From contig JAZQFJ010000091.1 in the NCBI GenBank assembly GCA_045539475.1, positions 28,003-92,002 of the forward strand: a stretch of 64,000 nt of DNA. Direction: 5' to 3'. The notes beneath the pieces are model-generated. The model was given only the letters and a program-made list of their open reading frames with translations, ran no database searches and had not been told where the DNA came from. A program made the position numbers and the translations under genes. The DNA comes from Eubacteriales bacterium. Lineage in GTDB: Bacteria > Bacillota > Clostridia > Oscillospirales > JAAYXM01. Below, one piece after another: positions 1 to 9,626 of this stretch (the stretch's first letter is position 1; the number at the start of each line of letters is the position of its first letter).

Positions 1-1179
1 TGCCCTGAATGTGCAAAGCTCTCAAATGAAGAGAAGTTTATAAACCATGCCGTAAAGCTTATACGCCACCTGAAAGCGAAGGGCATGAAAAATGTTTATA
101 TCTATGCTGATATGCTGATAAATACTGTAGATCCGAAAAAATTCAGGGATATACTTTCAGAAAACGACATTCTCGACGTTACTGTCCTTGATTGGTGGAC
201 ATACAGAAACGATAAAGAACGTATGATGTTCAAAACCATGCATCCGGAACTTAATATGAGGTCAACTGTCAAGCCGTGGAATTCATATTACCATTGGGAT
301 ATGACCTTTGATGCCGTTCCGAATACCTTCAATCTCTGTGAGCTTGCAGATAGTGAAGGGTGCGCTGAAGGATTGCAGGCATATTCTGCGTGGGATAAGG
401 TTTGTGACAAAAACCACGTAAGCATGGCAGACTACAGCTGGAACTTCAAGGGAACGGGGACGGTTTCGGAGTATAATGAACGCTATGCATATCGCCGCTT
501 CGGGAATTATTATGACGAGGCAAAAGAAGCTCTTGCTCTTATGGATAAAATAACGGATGAGGGCATAGGAAACGCAAAGCTCACGGAAACAAACGTGGGA
601 AAGGGTATGGGAAACGTAACGCTTTTGCGCTCGCTTACATATTACGTCTATTCGTATGTTCGTGCAGATAAGCCATATCCGAGAAACTTTCCGGGAGAGC
701 CGTTCGGAAATCTTCTTGAGGACCTCGCTACATACAAGAAACAGCTTCGGAACATCTCAGAGATGGCACAGCGTGCAAGCCAAATCTTTGAGAAACTCTC
801 AAACTATGCCGACTGTGATAACTCACTTGCAAAACGTTTTGAATGTGAAGCAAGAAACTACGGCTGCATAGCAGACGATTATCTCGCCCTCATTGAGATT
901 TATGAGCTTATGGAAAAGAAAGAGAAGAATGAAGCGGTTTCGGGGAAAGTTGTGGCAATCGCAAAAGAAAGAAAGGCAGAAAGGGTTTCGCTTATGCTTG
1001 CTTTCGAGCGCACGAAGGAAGAATTTCTGCTTCCGAGCCATTTGCGTAATCAATCCATCTTCATGCAGCTTTTTACAGATATTGAGAGCTATGCTGTGAA
1101 CACAGAACCCGAAAAGCTTAATTTAAATATGTGCGACCTGAGTGAAATCGGAAGTGAAAACTTCTTTGCTCTGAGATGA
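1..1179 (+). CDS. partial CDS (5' end outside window); hypothetical protein, possibly glycoside-hydrolase-like (GH20-type TIM barrel)
   Basis: Frame 1 is open from nt 1 (CPECAKLSNEEKFINHAVK...) and runs into tracked ORF 85..1179. The family guess rests on overall resemblance only; no catalytic motif was verified. Confidence 0.4.
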   Translation, partial: CPECAKLSNEEKFINHAVKLIRHLKAKGMKNVYIYADMLINTVDPKKFRDILSENDILDVTVLDWWTYRNDKERMMFKTMHPELNMRSTVKPWNSYYHWDMTFDAVPNTFNLCELADSEGCAEGLQAYSAWDKVCDKNHVSMADYSWNFKGTGTVSEYNERYAYRRFGNYYDEAKEALALMDKITDEGIGNAKLTETNVGKGMGNVTLLRSLTYYVYSYVRADKPYPRNFPGEPFGNLLEDLATYKKQLRNISEMAQRASQIFEKLSNYADCDNSLAKRFECEARNYGCIADDYLALIEIYELMEKKEKNEAVSGKVVAIAKERKAERVSLMLAFERTKEEFLLPSHLRNQSIFMQLFTDIESYAVNTEPEKLNLNMCDLSEIGSENFFALR

Positions 1180-1206
1180 TAAATGAATTAAAAGGAGAGA
1201 TACGAA

Positions 1207-2535
1207 ATGTTAAAAGTAGGTTTTTCGAGAGTTGATATTACGCCTCCGCTCGGGCTTAATCTTGCGGGGTATTATCATCACCGCCCGGCAGATAATATCC
1301 TTGATCCGCTTTATGCATCGGCCGTTGCCTTTGACGATGGCGAAAAACGCGGCGTTATCCTCAGCGTTGATAATGCCGGAATCAATCAGGATATTCTCGG
1401 CAGAATCCGAGATTCAATTGCCGAAGCCTGCAATACGGTAAGAGAAGCTGTGTATATCGCCTGCACTCATACTCACCTTGGACCTCAAGTATTTGAGGGA
1501 AAGAATAAGTATGATGATCCGCCGGAATACTTAGGTTTTATCTCAAAAAAAGCGGTTGACGCCGCACGTATTGCAATGGCAGATCTCGCACCTTCAACGT
1601 TGTCATATACTCGCGGTGAGGCAAAGGATGTTTCGTTCCTTCGCCGCTATCGTATGAAGGATGGCTCTGCTCGAACAAACCCGGGATTTCTCAACCCTGA
1701 TGTTGTAGGCTTTATCGGTGAGGTTGATGAGCAGTCTCAGCTTCTTGTCATAAAGCGCGAGGGAAAGCCTGAAATCGGCATCGTGAACTTCCAGGTTCAC
1801 CCCGATGTTATCGGTGGCTGTGGGATTTCGGCAGACTATCCGAAGTTTGTCCGCGATACCTATGAAAAGCTTATTGACAATTCACGTTGCATGTACATCA
1901 ACGGTGCACAGGGTGATAGTAACCATGTCGACATACGCCTCGGCGAGGAGAAATGCCGCGGTGGGTATGACAGAGCGCGCTATATGGGAAGAAAAATCGC
2001 AATGTCTGTTGTTGCAAACTATGAGCTTCGCGAGGAAATAAAAGACACGAAAATTTCCTTTGCAAATAAAATCGTTTCCGTGAAGTACAATAAAGGTACT
2101 CCGGAAGAAGTCGAGTGGGCAAAGGGGCTTATGGCAGAGTATGAGAAGTACGGAGACCCGAACAAAATCCCTGGAATTGCCGAAAAAGTTGCCGGCGGAA
2201 CTCCCGTTCAGCTTGTTGCAAGAGCAAGTAGAATTGCCGGACTTTCAGAACTCAGCGATGAAAAAGAGCTCATTATCTCTGCTCTTGCTGTCGGTGATGT
2301 GGTGTTCGGCGGATTCCCGGGCGAACCGTTCACTGAAATGGGGAGAATTGTCAAGAATAACTCAAAATTTACTCTTACAATCCCGTCTTGCTGCACAAAC
2401 GGCTATGAGGGATATTATCCTATGATGGAGGCGTATGATGAGGCAGGCTATGAAGCAAACTCGGCAAGATATGAAAGAGGAACAGCTGAAAAACTTGCCG
2501 ATGAGCTGACAGGTCTTATAAATTCTTTAAAATAA
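1207..2535 (+). CDS. neutral/alkaline ceramidase-like domain hydrolase (uncharacterised)
   Basis: 442-aa ORF with RBS AAAGGAGAG about 8 nt upstream. The N-terminus MLKVGFSRVDITPPLG..LAGYY resembles the ceramidase_alk N-terminal family. Confidence 0.5.
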   Translation: MLKVGFSRVDITPPLGLNLAGYYHHRPADNILDPLYASAVAFDDGEKRGVILSVDNAGINQDILGRIRDSIAEACNTVREAVYIACTHTHLGPQVFEGKNKYDDPPEYLGFISKKAVDAARIAMADLAPSTLSYTRGEAKDVSFLRRYRMKDGSARTNPGFLNPDVVGFIGEVDEQSQLLVIKREGKPEIGIVNFQVHPDVIGGCGISADYPKFVRDTYEKLIDNSRCMYINGAQGDSNHVDIRLGEEKCRGGYDRARYMGRKIAMSVVANYELREEIKDTKISFANKIVSVKYNKGTPEEVEWAKGLMAEYEKYGDPNKIPGIAEKVAGGTPVQLVARASRIAGLSELSDEKELIISALAVGDVVFGGFPGEPFTEMGRIVKNNSKFTLTIPSCCTNGYEGYYPMMEAYDEAGYEANSARYERGTAEKLADELTGLINSLK

Positions 2536-2580
2536 ACCCAAATAGTATTTTATAGAGAAGAGTAAAGTGTATTGTGACTA

Positions 2581-2610
2581 AAAGCACGGGATTACATTCC
2601 CGTGCTTTTG
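2581..2610 (+). terminator. intrinsic terminator after the ceramidase-like gene
   Basis: AAAGCACGGGA (2581-2591) pairs with TCCCGTGCTTT (2598-2608), loop TTACAT, T-rich 3' side. Confidence 0.7.
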
Positions 2611-2626
2611 TCATGGTGCGCTCCGC

Positions 2627-2655
2627 TTGACAAAGACAGCGCGGAAAGATATAAT
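2627..2655 (+). promoter_or_regulatory. sigma-A type promoter of the lar operon
   Basis: TTGACA (2627-2632), 17-nt spacer, TATAAT (2650-2655), ~37 nt upstream of the larE start. Confidence 0.6.
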
Positions 2656-2691
2656 ATATAATTAAGAAAGTATGACAAAAGAGGTGCCCAA

Positions 2692-3438
2692 ATGACGCTT
2701 GCGCAGTTTTTTTCAGAGCATAAAAATGTCGGAATAGCGCTTTCAGGCGGCGTTGATTCCATATATCTTATGTATGTGGCGGTTTCTTGTGGTGCAGACG
2801 TGCGGGCGTATTTTGCAAAAACAGAGTTTCAGCCTGAGAGTGAGCTTCGTGACGCAACAGAAGCTGCTGGAAAGCTCGGCGTGCCGCTTCGTGTTATTGA
2901 TTTTTCTATTCTTAAAGATAAAAATATAGTTAAAAACGGTGCGGACAGATGCTATTTCTGCAAGCGCGGTATGATGGACAGAATAGCCGCGGCGGCGCAT
3001 AAGGACGGCTGTGAAATCATATGCGACGGGACTAATGCATCGGACGATGTTTCAGAAAGACCAGGCTTTTGCGCACTGGGGGAGTTTTCGGTTGTCTCAC
3101 CGCTGCGCATATGCGGAATGACAAAGGAAGAAATAAGGAATAGTGCCCGTGATGCCAGAATTCGGGTATGGGACAAGCCTTCATATTCTTGCCTTGCGAC
3201 GAGAATAAAGCAGGGAGAGAAAATTACGAAAGAAAAAATATCGCGTGTAAATGAGGCGGAAAAGGAGCTGTTCTCTCTCGGCTTTTCAAATTTCAGGGTG
3301 AGGCTCGGAACGGATGAAACAAAGCTTGAGCTTTCAAAAAAGGACACACAGTTGTATCGGCAGAATCAAAAAGAGACAGAAAAAGTATTGAAAAAGCATT
3401 TTAACTGTGTTATTGTTGAGCCGGAGGCGCGCGAATGA
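2692..3438 (+). CDS. larE: ATP-dependent sacrificial sulfur transferase LarE (PP-loop ATPase)
   Basis: PP-loop SGGVDS near the N-terminus and a CYFCK segment. Sits directly upstream of larB/larC with an ATGA stop/start overlap. Confidence 0.8.
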   Translation: MTLAQFFSEHKNVGIALSGGVDSIYLMYVAVSCGADVRAYFAKTEFQPESELRDATEAAGKLGVPLRVIDFSILKDKNIVKNGADRCYFCKRGMMDRIAAAAHKDGCEIICDGTNASDDVSERPGFCALGEFSVVSPLRICGMTKEEIRNSARDARIRVWDKPSYSCLATRIKQGEKITKEKISRVNEAEKELFSLGFSNFRVRLGTDETKLELSKKDTQLYRQNQKETEKVLKKHFNCVIVEPEARE

Positions 3439-4181
3439 GCAGTTTTCATATTGACATATTAAATAAAGTAAAAAACGGGGAAATGTCCGTCCGCGATGCG
3501 GAAATTATGCTCAAAGCCGAGCCGTTTCGTGATATTGATTTTGCAAAGGTGGATACTCACCGAAGGTTGCGCAACGGAGCGTGCGAGGTCATATATGGCG
3601 AAGGAAAAAGCGCAGAACAGATAAACGGAATTTTAAAAGAGCTGTCATCTGCCGGAGAAAAGAATGTGCTGATAACACGTCTATCTGCCGAAAAGGCAGA
3701 AAAGATACCGGGAATACGATATTTTAAAGAAGCAAAAATCGGTGTTTCAGGAGAAAATGCAAAGAGAACCGGATGCGGCAAAATCTTAGTTATAACTGCG
3801 GGAACGAGCGATATTCCGGTTGCCGAGGAAGCCGCACTGACGGCAGAATTTCTGGGCAACGATGTAAAACGTATATACGATGCGGGGGTTGCAGGACTTC
3901 ACAGATTGCTCCATCATCTCGATGAAATAATGAGCGCAAGTGTTATTATTGCCATTGCAGGAATGGAGGGTGCGCTTGCGAGCGTTGTCGGCGGTCTTTG
4001 TGATTGTCCTGTGATCGCGGTACCCACAAGCGTAGGATACGGTGCGGCGTTTGAGGGAATGGCGGCGCTCCTTGCGATGATGAATTCCTGCGCGAGCGGA
4101 GTGTCGGTTGTAAATATTGATAACGGCTTCGGAGCGGGATATCTTGCAAGTATGATAAATCACGTGGAGGAAAAGAAATGA
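3435..4181 (+). CDS. larB: nickel-pincer cofactor biosynthesis protein LarB (PurE/AIR-carboxylase-like)
   Basis: PurE-like C-terminal half: KILVITAGTSDIPVAEEA, IIAIAGMEGALASVVGG, PVIAVPTSVGYG. Overlaps larE and larC by ATGA. Confidence 0.85.
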   Translation: MSSFHIDILNKVKNGEMSVRDAEIMLKAEPFRDIDFAKVDTHRRLRNGACEVIYGEGKSAEQINGILKELSSAGEKNVLITRLSAEKAEKIPGIRYFKEAKIGVSGENAKRTGCGKILVITAGTSDIPVAEEAALTAEFLGNDVKRIYDAGVAGLHRLLHHLDEIMSASVIIAIAGMEGALASVVGGLCDCPVIAVPTSVGYGAAFEGMAALLAMMNSCASGVSVVNIDNGFGAGYLASMINHVEEKK

Positions 4182-5335
4182 GAACACTTTATCTCGAGCT
4201 TAATATGGGTGCGGCAGGTGATATGCTCGCGGCGGCACTTGCCGGTTTGCTTGATGATACAGAAAGCTTTGTGAAAGAGCTTCGCGGGATGAACATACCG
4301 GGTGCCGAGATAGTCATTGAAGATAAAAAGAGCTTTGGTATCAGCGGAAAGGCTTTTTCCGTGAAGATAAACGGTCACTCTGAGGAAGACGGGCATCACC
4401 ACGGTCACTCAATGCAGGATATCCGTCATATTGTTGAGAAGCTCAATACAAGCGAGGATATAAAGCGTGACATTCTTGCGGTGTATAATATAATTGCCGG
4501 GGCAGAGAGCAAGGTGCATGGCGTGGATGTGCGCGAGGTGCATTTTCACGAGGTGGGGATGCTTGATGCGGTAGCGGATATCGCGGCAGTATGCCTTGCG
4601 ATGAAGAAGCTAAACCCGGAAAGAGTGGTTGCAACTCCGGTTCACGTAGGTTCGGGTACGGTCAAATGTGCGCATGGAACGCTTCCGGTTCCTGCACCTG
4701 CCACAGCGGAGATTTTACGCGGAATACCGATTTACGGCGGGGCGGTGAGAGGTGAACTGTGTACGCCGACGGGCGCGGCGCTTCTTAAATACTTTGTATC
4801 ATCATTCGGGAATATGCCGGTGATAACGACAGAAAAAATCGGTTACGGAATGGGAAAACGCGAGTTTGAGACCGTAAACTGCGTCAGAGCAATGCTCTGT
4901 GAAGAGAACTGCGGCGATGATGTTTCAGAGCTTTCCGCAAACATTGATGATATGACAGGAGAGGATATCGCATACGCGGCAGAAATCTTTTTCTCATCCG
5001 GTGCGCTTGATGTGTGGACGGAGAGCATCGGGATGAAGAAATCCCGACCGGGAACAAAGCTGTGCGTGCTGTGCGAAAAGACACGCGCAGAGGAGTTTGC
5101 AAAGCTTTTACTGATGCATACAACAACCATCGGTGTGAGGGAAAATGTATGCACAAGATATGTTCTTTCGAGAAGGAATGTCACGGAGAAAACTCCGATA
5201 GGTACAGTGCGAAAAAAAGTCTCAGAAGGATACGGAATAAAACGAGAAAAGGTTGAGCACGACGACCTTGTGCGCCTTGCACGTGAAACAGGCAAAAGCC
5301 TTTTGGAAATAAAAAAATTTCTCTCGGGACGGTGA
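4178..5335 (+). CDS. larC: nickel insertion protein LarC (DUF111)
   Basis: N-terminus MRTLYLELNMGAAGDMLAAAL, His-rich stretch HSEEDGHHHGHS, and operon context with larE/larB. Confidence 0.85.
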   Translation: MRTLYLELNMGAAGDMLAAALAGLLDDTESFVKELRGMNIPGAEIVIEDKKSFGISGKAFSVKINGHSEEDGHHHGHSMQDIRHIVEKLNTSEDIKRDILAVYNIIAGAESKVHGVDVREVHFHEVGMLDAVADIAAVCLAMKKLNPERVVATPVHVGSGTVKCAHGTLPVPAPATAEILRGIPIYGGAVRGELCTPTGAALLKYFVSSFGNMPVITTEKIGYGMGKREFETVNCVRAMLCEENCGDDVSELSANIDDMTGEDIAYAAEIFFSSGALDVWTESIGMKKSRPGTKLCVLCEKTRAEEFAKLLLMHTTTIGVRENVCTRYVLSRRNVTEKTPIGTVRKKVSEGYGIKREKVEHDDLVRLARETGKSLLEIKKFLSGR

Positions 5336-5340
5336 GTGAT

Positions 5341-6039
5341 ATGTTCAATATAAAAATTGCAGATATCGTAGTCGGTATAGAAAACAAATACGAATATATC
5401 CGTGAGATGTGCCGTGATTATATAACCGAAGAAGCTGCGGAGTTTTGCATCAGTGTGACTGATGAGGAGATTATGCGAGAGGATGAGGTTGAAAAAAAAG
5501 GATTTCCGCCATTTTATCTTGAGACTCTTGCAGTTTACAGAAAAATCGCCGATATGATGCCGGAATACAACGGTTTTCTCATGCATGGAGTTCTTATGTC
5601 GGCGGAGGGGCGCGGAATTCTTCTTACTGCCGAGAGCGGAACGGGAAAGTCAACCCATGCAGCACTTTGGATGCAGCTTCCGGGAGTCAGGTGCGAGATT
5701 ATAAACGGCGACAAGCCGCTTCTCCGCATAATTGACGGATGTGTTTATGCTTACGGTACCCCGTGGTGCGGAAAAGAAGGAATCCACAAAAATAAGCGTG
5801 TTGCGCTTACCGACATATGCTTTTTGGAACGCGGAAAGGAAAACAGCATCTGCAACGTTGATAAGGGAGAGATAATGCAAAATCTTTTGCCGAGCATACA
5901 CATACCGCAAAATGACGGTGTGATGGCAGTGCTTGACGCGATTGATACGATGGCAAGGCTTGTTAATTTCAGAAGGATAAAATGCAATATGGATATTTCC
6001 GCGGCAGAAACCGCATACAATGAAATCGTGAAGAAATAA
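5341..6039 (+). CDS. P-loop protein, HPr-kinase C-terminal-like (function unknown)
   Basis: Walker-A-like LLTAESGTGKST. The start is ambiguous: ATG 5341, or GTG 5332 overlapping the larC stop. Confidence 0.45.
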   Translation: MFNIKIADIVVGIENKYEYIREMCRDYITEEAAEFCISVTDEEIMREDEVEKKGFPPFYLETLAVYRKIADMMPEYNGFLMHGVLMSAEGRGILLTAESGTGKSTHAALWMQLPGVRCEIINGDKPLLRIIDGCVYAYGTPWCGKEGIHKNKRVALTDICFLERGKENSICNVDKGEIMQNLLPSIHIPQNDGVMAVLDAIDTMARLVNFRRIKCNMDISAAETAYNEIVKK

Positions 6040-6109
6040 TTTACTTTTTTTCATAGATATGGTATACTTATAAAAAAGGCGGATACGCCGGAAATATGGA
6101 GGATTTGAT

Positions 6110-6718
6110 ATGGACAGAATATCTCTTAAGGAAAGAGCAAAGGAACAAATCAGAGGCAAAATATGGGATTTATTTTTGGTGACGCTTGTTGTTTCACTCA
6201 TAACAGGCGCGGTGAACGGAATACTCACCCTGCTTCCGGGAGTTGGAACGGTCGGCGCGATGGTTATAACAGCGCCGCTGTCCATAAGCGTTTTCAAGAT
6301 TTATCTTGACCTCGTAAACGAAAACAAAACCCCGGTTGTCGCAGATGCTTTTTACGGTTATTCGGACTTCGGAAGCTCAGTACTCGTTGTTGTTATTGTG
6401 GCACTTTTCACCTTTCTCTGGTCGCTTCTTTTCGTCATTCCGGGAATCGTTAAGGCGCTCTCTTATTCGCAGGCGTATTACATAATTGCTGAGAATAAAG
6501 GTATGCCGGCGATTGATGCGATAAACCGCTCAAAAGAGATGATGCATGGGCATAAGATGGATTATTTTGTGCTCCAGCTTTCCTTTATAGGTTGGGGACT
6601 TCTCGGAGTTATAACCTGTGGCATTGCATTCATTTGGATAGCTCCGTATATGAATGCAACATACGCAAACTTCTACAACAGCGTAAAAGCATCGTATAAC
6701 GCCGGAAATGTAGCATAA
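6110..6718 (+). CDS. DUF975-family integral membrane protein
   Basis: N-terminal ...LKERAKEQIRGKIW followed by several hydrophobic segments; length and layout are typical of DUF975. Confidence 0.65.
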   Translation: MDRISLKERAKEQIRGKIWDLFLVTLVVSLITGAVNGILTLLPGVGTVGAMVITAPLSISVFKIYLDLVNENKTPVVADAFYGYSDFGSSVLVVVIVALFTFLWSLLFVIPGIVKALSYSQAYYIIAENKGMPAIDAINRSKEMMHGHKMDYFVLQLSFIGWGLLGVITCGIAFIWIAPYMNATYANFYNSVKASYNAGNVA

Positions 6719-6742
6719 AAAACCGCATAATATAAGTAAATA

Positions 6743-6780
6743 TACCCTTGACATTCTCAGGTGTCAAGGGTATACTTTTA
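6743..6780 (+). terminator. hairpin terminator after the DUF975 gene
   Basis: TACCCTTGACA (6743-6753) pairs with TGTCAAGGGTA (6762-6772), followed by TACTTTTAAA. Confidence 0.6.
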
Positions 6781-6810
6781 AATGAATAATCAAATTGAAG
6801 GGTGATTGCA

Positions 6811-7749
6811 ATGATAAAGGTAGGACTTATAGGCTGCGGAAAAATAAGCGTAGGTCAGATTGCGGCATTTGATGCAACAGGAGACGCAAAGATTGTTGCT
6901 GCGTGTGATTTGTCCGAGGAGAACCTCAAAGTTGTCTGTGACAAAACAGGTGCTGTTGGATATAAGGATTATAAGGAGCTTATGACAAAGGAAGAGCTTG
7001 ACCTTGTGGTTATATCGCTTCCCCATTTTCTCCATGGAGAGGCAACGTGCTTTGCGGCACGTCTCGGTATAAACGTATTCCTCGAAAAACCGATGGGGAT
7101 TTCGGTTGCAGATTGCGAGAATATGATAAAGGTATGCAAGGAAAATGACGTTATGCTGTGGGTTGGTCATGCTCATTGTTACCACCCCGCATATATGCGC
7201 GCAAAAGAACTTATAGATTCCGGCGAGCTTGGCGAGCTTGTAAGCTTTGCGGAAACACGCAATATGAATTATTTTGCTGATTCCCGTCCGCGCTGGTTCC
7301 TCAAAAAAGAGCTCTCCGGCGGCGGAATAATGATAAACCTCGGTGCACACTGTCTTGATAAAATGAAGTATTTTTCAGAATCTGAAATTGATGAAATACA
7401 TGGCCAGGTACATATCCGTGAGGGCTTTGACTGTGAGGACAGCGCTCAGTGCTTTGTGAAGATGAAAAACGGGGTTACCGGTGTCATAAACCTTATCGGT
7501 CATACTGCAGCTTCCATGAACCCGACAACAGTCTATCTGACACGCGGCGAAATCCGCATTGGTGGCAAGGTTGAGTATTGCGGAGCAGACGGAGTGTTTA
7601 AAACAGAGGAGATAGGCGGCTCGGGTATGCCTCTGCAAATAAAGGCAGTCGTTGAAACTCTCAAGAAAGGCGAAAAAACACCGTTTATAGGCGGAGATTA
7701 CGGCCTTGACATTGTTCGCGCAATAAAGAAGCTTTACGGAGAAGCATAA
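6811..7749 (+). CDS. Gfo/Idh/MocA family NAD(P)-dependent oxidoreductase
   Basis: Rossmann N-terminus MIKVGLIGCGKIS. RBS GAAGGGTG lies 7 nt before ATG 6811; the track's GTG 6802 sits inside the RBS. Confidence 0.8.
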   Translation: MIKVGLIGCGKISVGQIAAFDATGDAKIVAACDLSEENLKVVCDKTGAVGYKDYKELMTKEELDLVVISLPHFLHGEATCFAARLGINVFLEKPMGISVADCENMIKVCKENDVMLWVGHAHCYHPAYMRAKELIDSGELGELVSFAETRNMNYFADSRPRWFLKKELSGGGIMINLGAHCLDKMKYFSESEIDEIHGQVHIREGFDCEDSAQCFVKMKNGVTGVINLIGHTAASMNPTTVYLTRGEIRIGGKVEYCGADGVFKTEEIGGSGMPLQIKAVVETLKKGEKTPFIGGDYGLDIVRAIKKLYGEA

Positions 7750-7790
7750 ATAACCGTGAGCCAAAAAGTAATAATTTAATATGTTGCTTA

Positions 7791-7819
7791 TTGATAAATA
7801 AGAGCCAATGTGATATAAT
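7791..7819 (+). promoter_or_regulatory. candidate promoter embedded in the oxidoreductase terminator
   Basis: TTGATA (7791-7796), 17-nt spacer ending in TGA, TATAAT (7814-7819). Confidence 0.45.
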
Positions 7820-7845
7820 ACAATTCGTTGCATTGGCTCTTTTCT
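7801..7845 (+). terminator. intrinsic terminator of the oxidoreductase gene
   Basis: AGAGCCAATG (7801-7810) pairs with CATTGGCTCT (7831-7840), then TTTTCTC. Confidence 0.7.
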
Positions 7846-8391
7846 CTATGTGAGAGGAGCTAACAATATGGGTAAAGGCCACAATGGACAGATATGTTCA
7901 TGTGACAGATGACTCGTTGTTAAAAGCAGAGTAACAGTTTGAAAGCAATACACTTTCATAGTGTTAAAAAAATGGCGAAAAAATGGCGAAGTAAATACAT
8001 AGTAAATGCTCAAAACCCTTGAAAATAAAGGAGATGTAGACAAATATGAAATTAGGTATAGTAAGATAACGAGTATTTTTATAACTCAATGTAAAGCACA
8101 TAAAAGTGCATAGAACCCTTGTGCTACAAGGATTTTTTGAAAATCAATTTTATAAAACATCATATAACTCCATAAAGGTTTATAAAAAAATGGTGTAAAA
8201 ATGGTGTAGTAAAAAATAATGATTTAAAGAAAAAGACCATTTGCAACGTTTAATTAAATAACTTGATGAATCCGATTTTGCACTTGGAGCAAAGTCGGAT
8301 TTTTAATTCATAATAACTTTTAGAAACAAAATTAGATATTTTGATTTGCGCGATTAAAATGAAAATAAGACTTGGTTTATTTTGATTTAGC

Positions 8392-8420
8392 TTGACAAGT
8401 TGAAATAAATTTATTAAAAT
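8392..8420 (+). promoter_or_regulatory. candidate promoter of the fic gene
   Basis: TTGACA (8392-8397), 17-nt spacer, TAAAAT (8415-8420). Confidence 0.5.
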
Positions 8421-8453
8421 ATAGATGTAATTTTGATTTGAGAAGGTGTTGAT

Positions 8454-9587
8454 ATGAGCAGATCCGGAGAATATATGACAAATTTAAGCGGAGAGGCTGC
8501 ATACAAATCATTTCGTCCGACACCATTGCCGGTAGAGGTGAATATGGATGCAGAAATGATTTCATTACTCACAGAATCTACAAAAGCTTTGGCAACATTA
8601 GATACACTGTCGAGATATATCCCGAATATGAACATGTTTGTGTCTATGTATGTGCGCAAGGAAGCATTATTGTCATCTCAAATAGAAGGAACACAGGCAA
8701 CATTAGAAGATGTTTTAGATCCTTTAATTGAGAAAAATGCAAACCAGAATGTTGCAGATGTAATTAATTATATAAATGCAACTGAGTTTGCGCTTGATCG
8801 CCTGAATACACTGCCGCTATGTAACAGACTTATAAAAGAAACTCATGAAGTTTTAATGAAGGATGTACGAGGACAGGAAAAGAATCCTGGTGAATTTCGA
8901 TATTCTCAAAACTGGATTGGTGCTGCAGGCAGTACATTGAAAAATGCACGATATATTCCGCCTAATCCCGAAGATATGAAACAGGCGATGTCTGATTTAG
9001 AAAAATATATAAATTCAGATGATGAATTGGATTTGTTGATTCAGGCAGCTTTAATTCATTATCAGTTTGAAACAATACATCCGTTTTTAGATGGCAACGG
9101 CCGTGTAGGAAGATTGCTAATTACTTTGTTCTTGATGGAGAAAAAAAGATTAAATACACCTGCACTTTATATTTCTTATTACCTTAAAAATAATCGAATT
9201 GAATACTATGACCGTATGAGTGAAGTGAGAAACAAGAATAATTACGAACAATGGATAAAGTTCTTTCTTCGTGCAATCAAAGAATCTTCAGAAGATGCAG
9301 TTGAAACAATTAATAAATTATCTGAATTGCATGATAAGAATATTGCAATTATAGAGCAAATGGGCAGAGCTTCAAAAACTGCAAAGGAAATCTTTCATTA
9401 CCTTGAGAAAAATCCTATTATAGACATTAAGAAAACAGCCGAAGAACTGTCGCTTGCATTCAGCACAGTTTCTGCTGGTGTAAAAAGACTTGAGGAGTGC
9501 GGAATTCTTGTTCAAACGAATAATGCAAATCGAAATCGCGTATTTGCTTATGAAGATTATCTTGGGATTTTAAGGAAAGATACCTAA
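8454..9587 (+). CDS. fic: Fic family protein (AMPylase-type, class II autoinhibited) with C-terminal wHTH
   Basis: Intact Fic motif HPFLDGNGRVGR, and the N-terminal inhibitory-helix motif SSQIEG, which matches (S/T)xxxE(G/N). Confidence 0.9.
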   Translation: MSRSGEYMTNLSGEAAYKSFRPTPLPVEVNMDAEMISLLTESTKALATLDTLSRYIPNMNMFVSMYVRKEALLSSQIEGTQATLEDVLDPLIEKNANQNVADVINYINATEFALDRLNTLPLCNRLIKETHEVLMKDVRGQEKNPGEFRYSQNWIGAAGSTLKNARYIPPNPEDMKQAMSDLEKYINSDDELDLLIQAALIHYQFETIHPFLDGNGRVGRLLITLFLMEKKRLNTPALYISYYLKNNRIEYYDRMSEVRNKNNYEQWIKFFLRAIKESSEDAVETINKLSELHDKNIAIIEQMGRASKTAKEIFHYLEKNPIIDIKKTAEELSLAFSTVSAGVKRLEECGILVQTNNANRNRVFAYEDYLGILRKDT

Positions 9588-9626
9588 TGACCAAGATTTT
9601 TATAAAAATAATGGGAGGTTTGAAAG

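Noticed and set aside
4843-7350. Long antisense ORFs (4843..5586, 5650..6297, 6790..7350, all minus strand).
   Set aside because: Each is fully overlapped by a + strand gene with recognisable family motifs (larC, P-loop gene, DUF975, oxidoreductase). They have no RBS and low-complexity, Ser/Phe/Ile-rich translations.
7750-8453. Searched the junction for a tRNA or tmRNA gene or an obvious att direct repeat that would mark an integration site.
   Set aside because: I could not fold a cloverleaf-like sequence, and no repeat matches anything else in the window. The right end of the element is outside the window, so att cannot be defined here.
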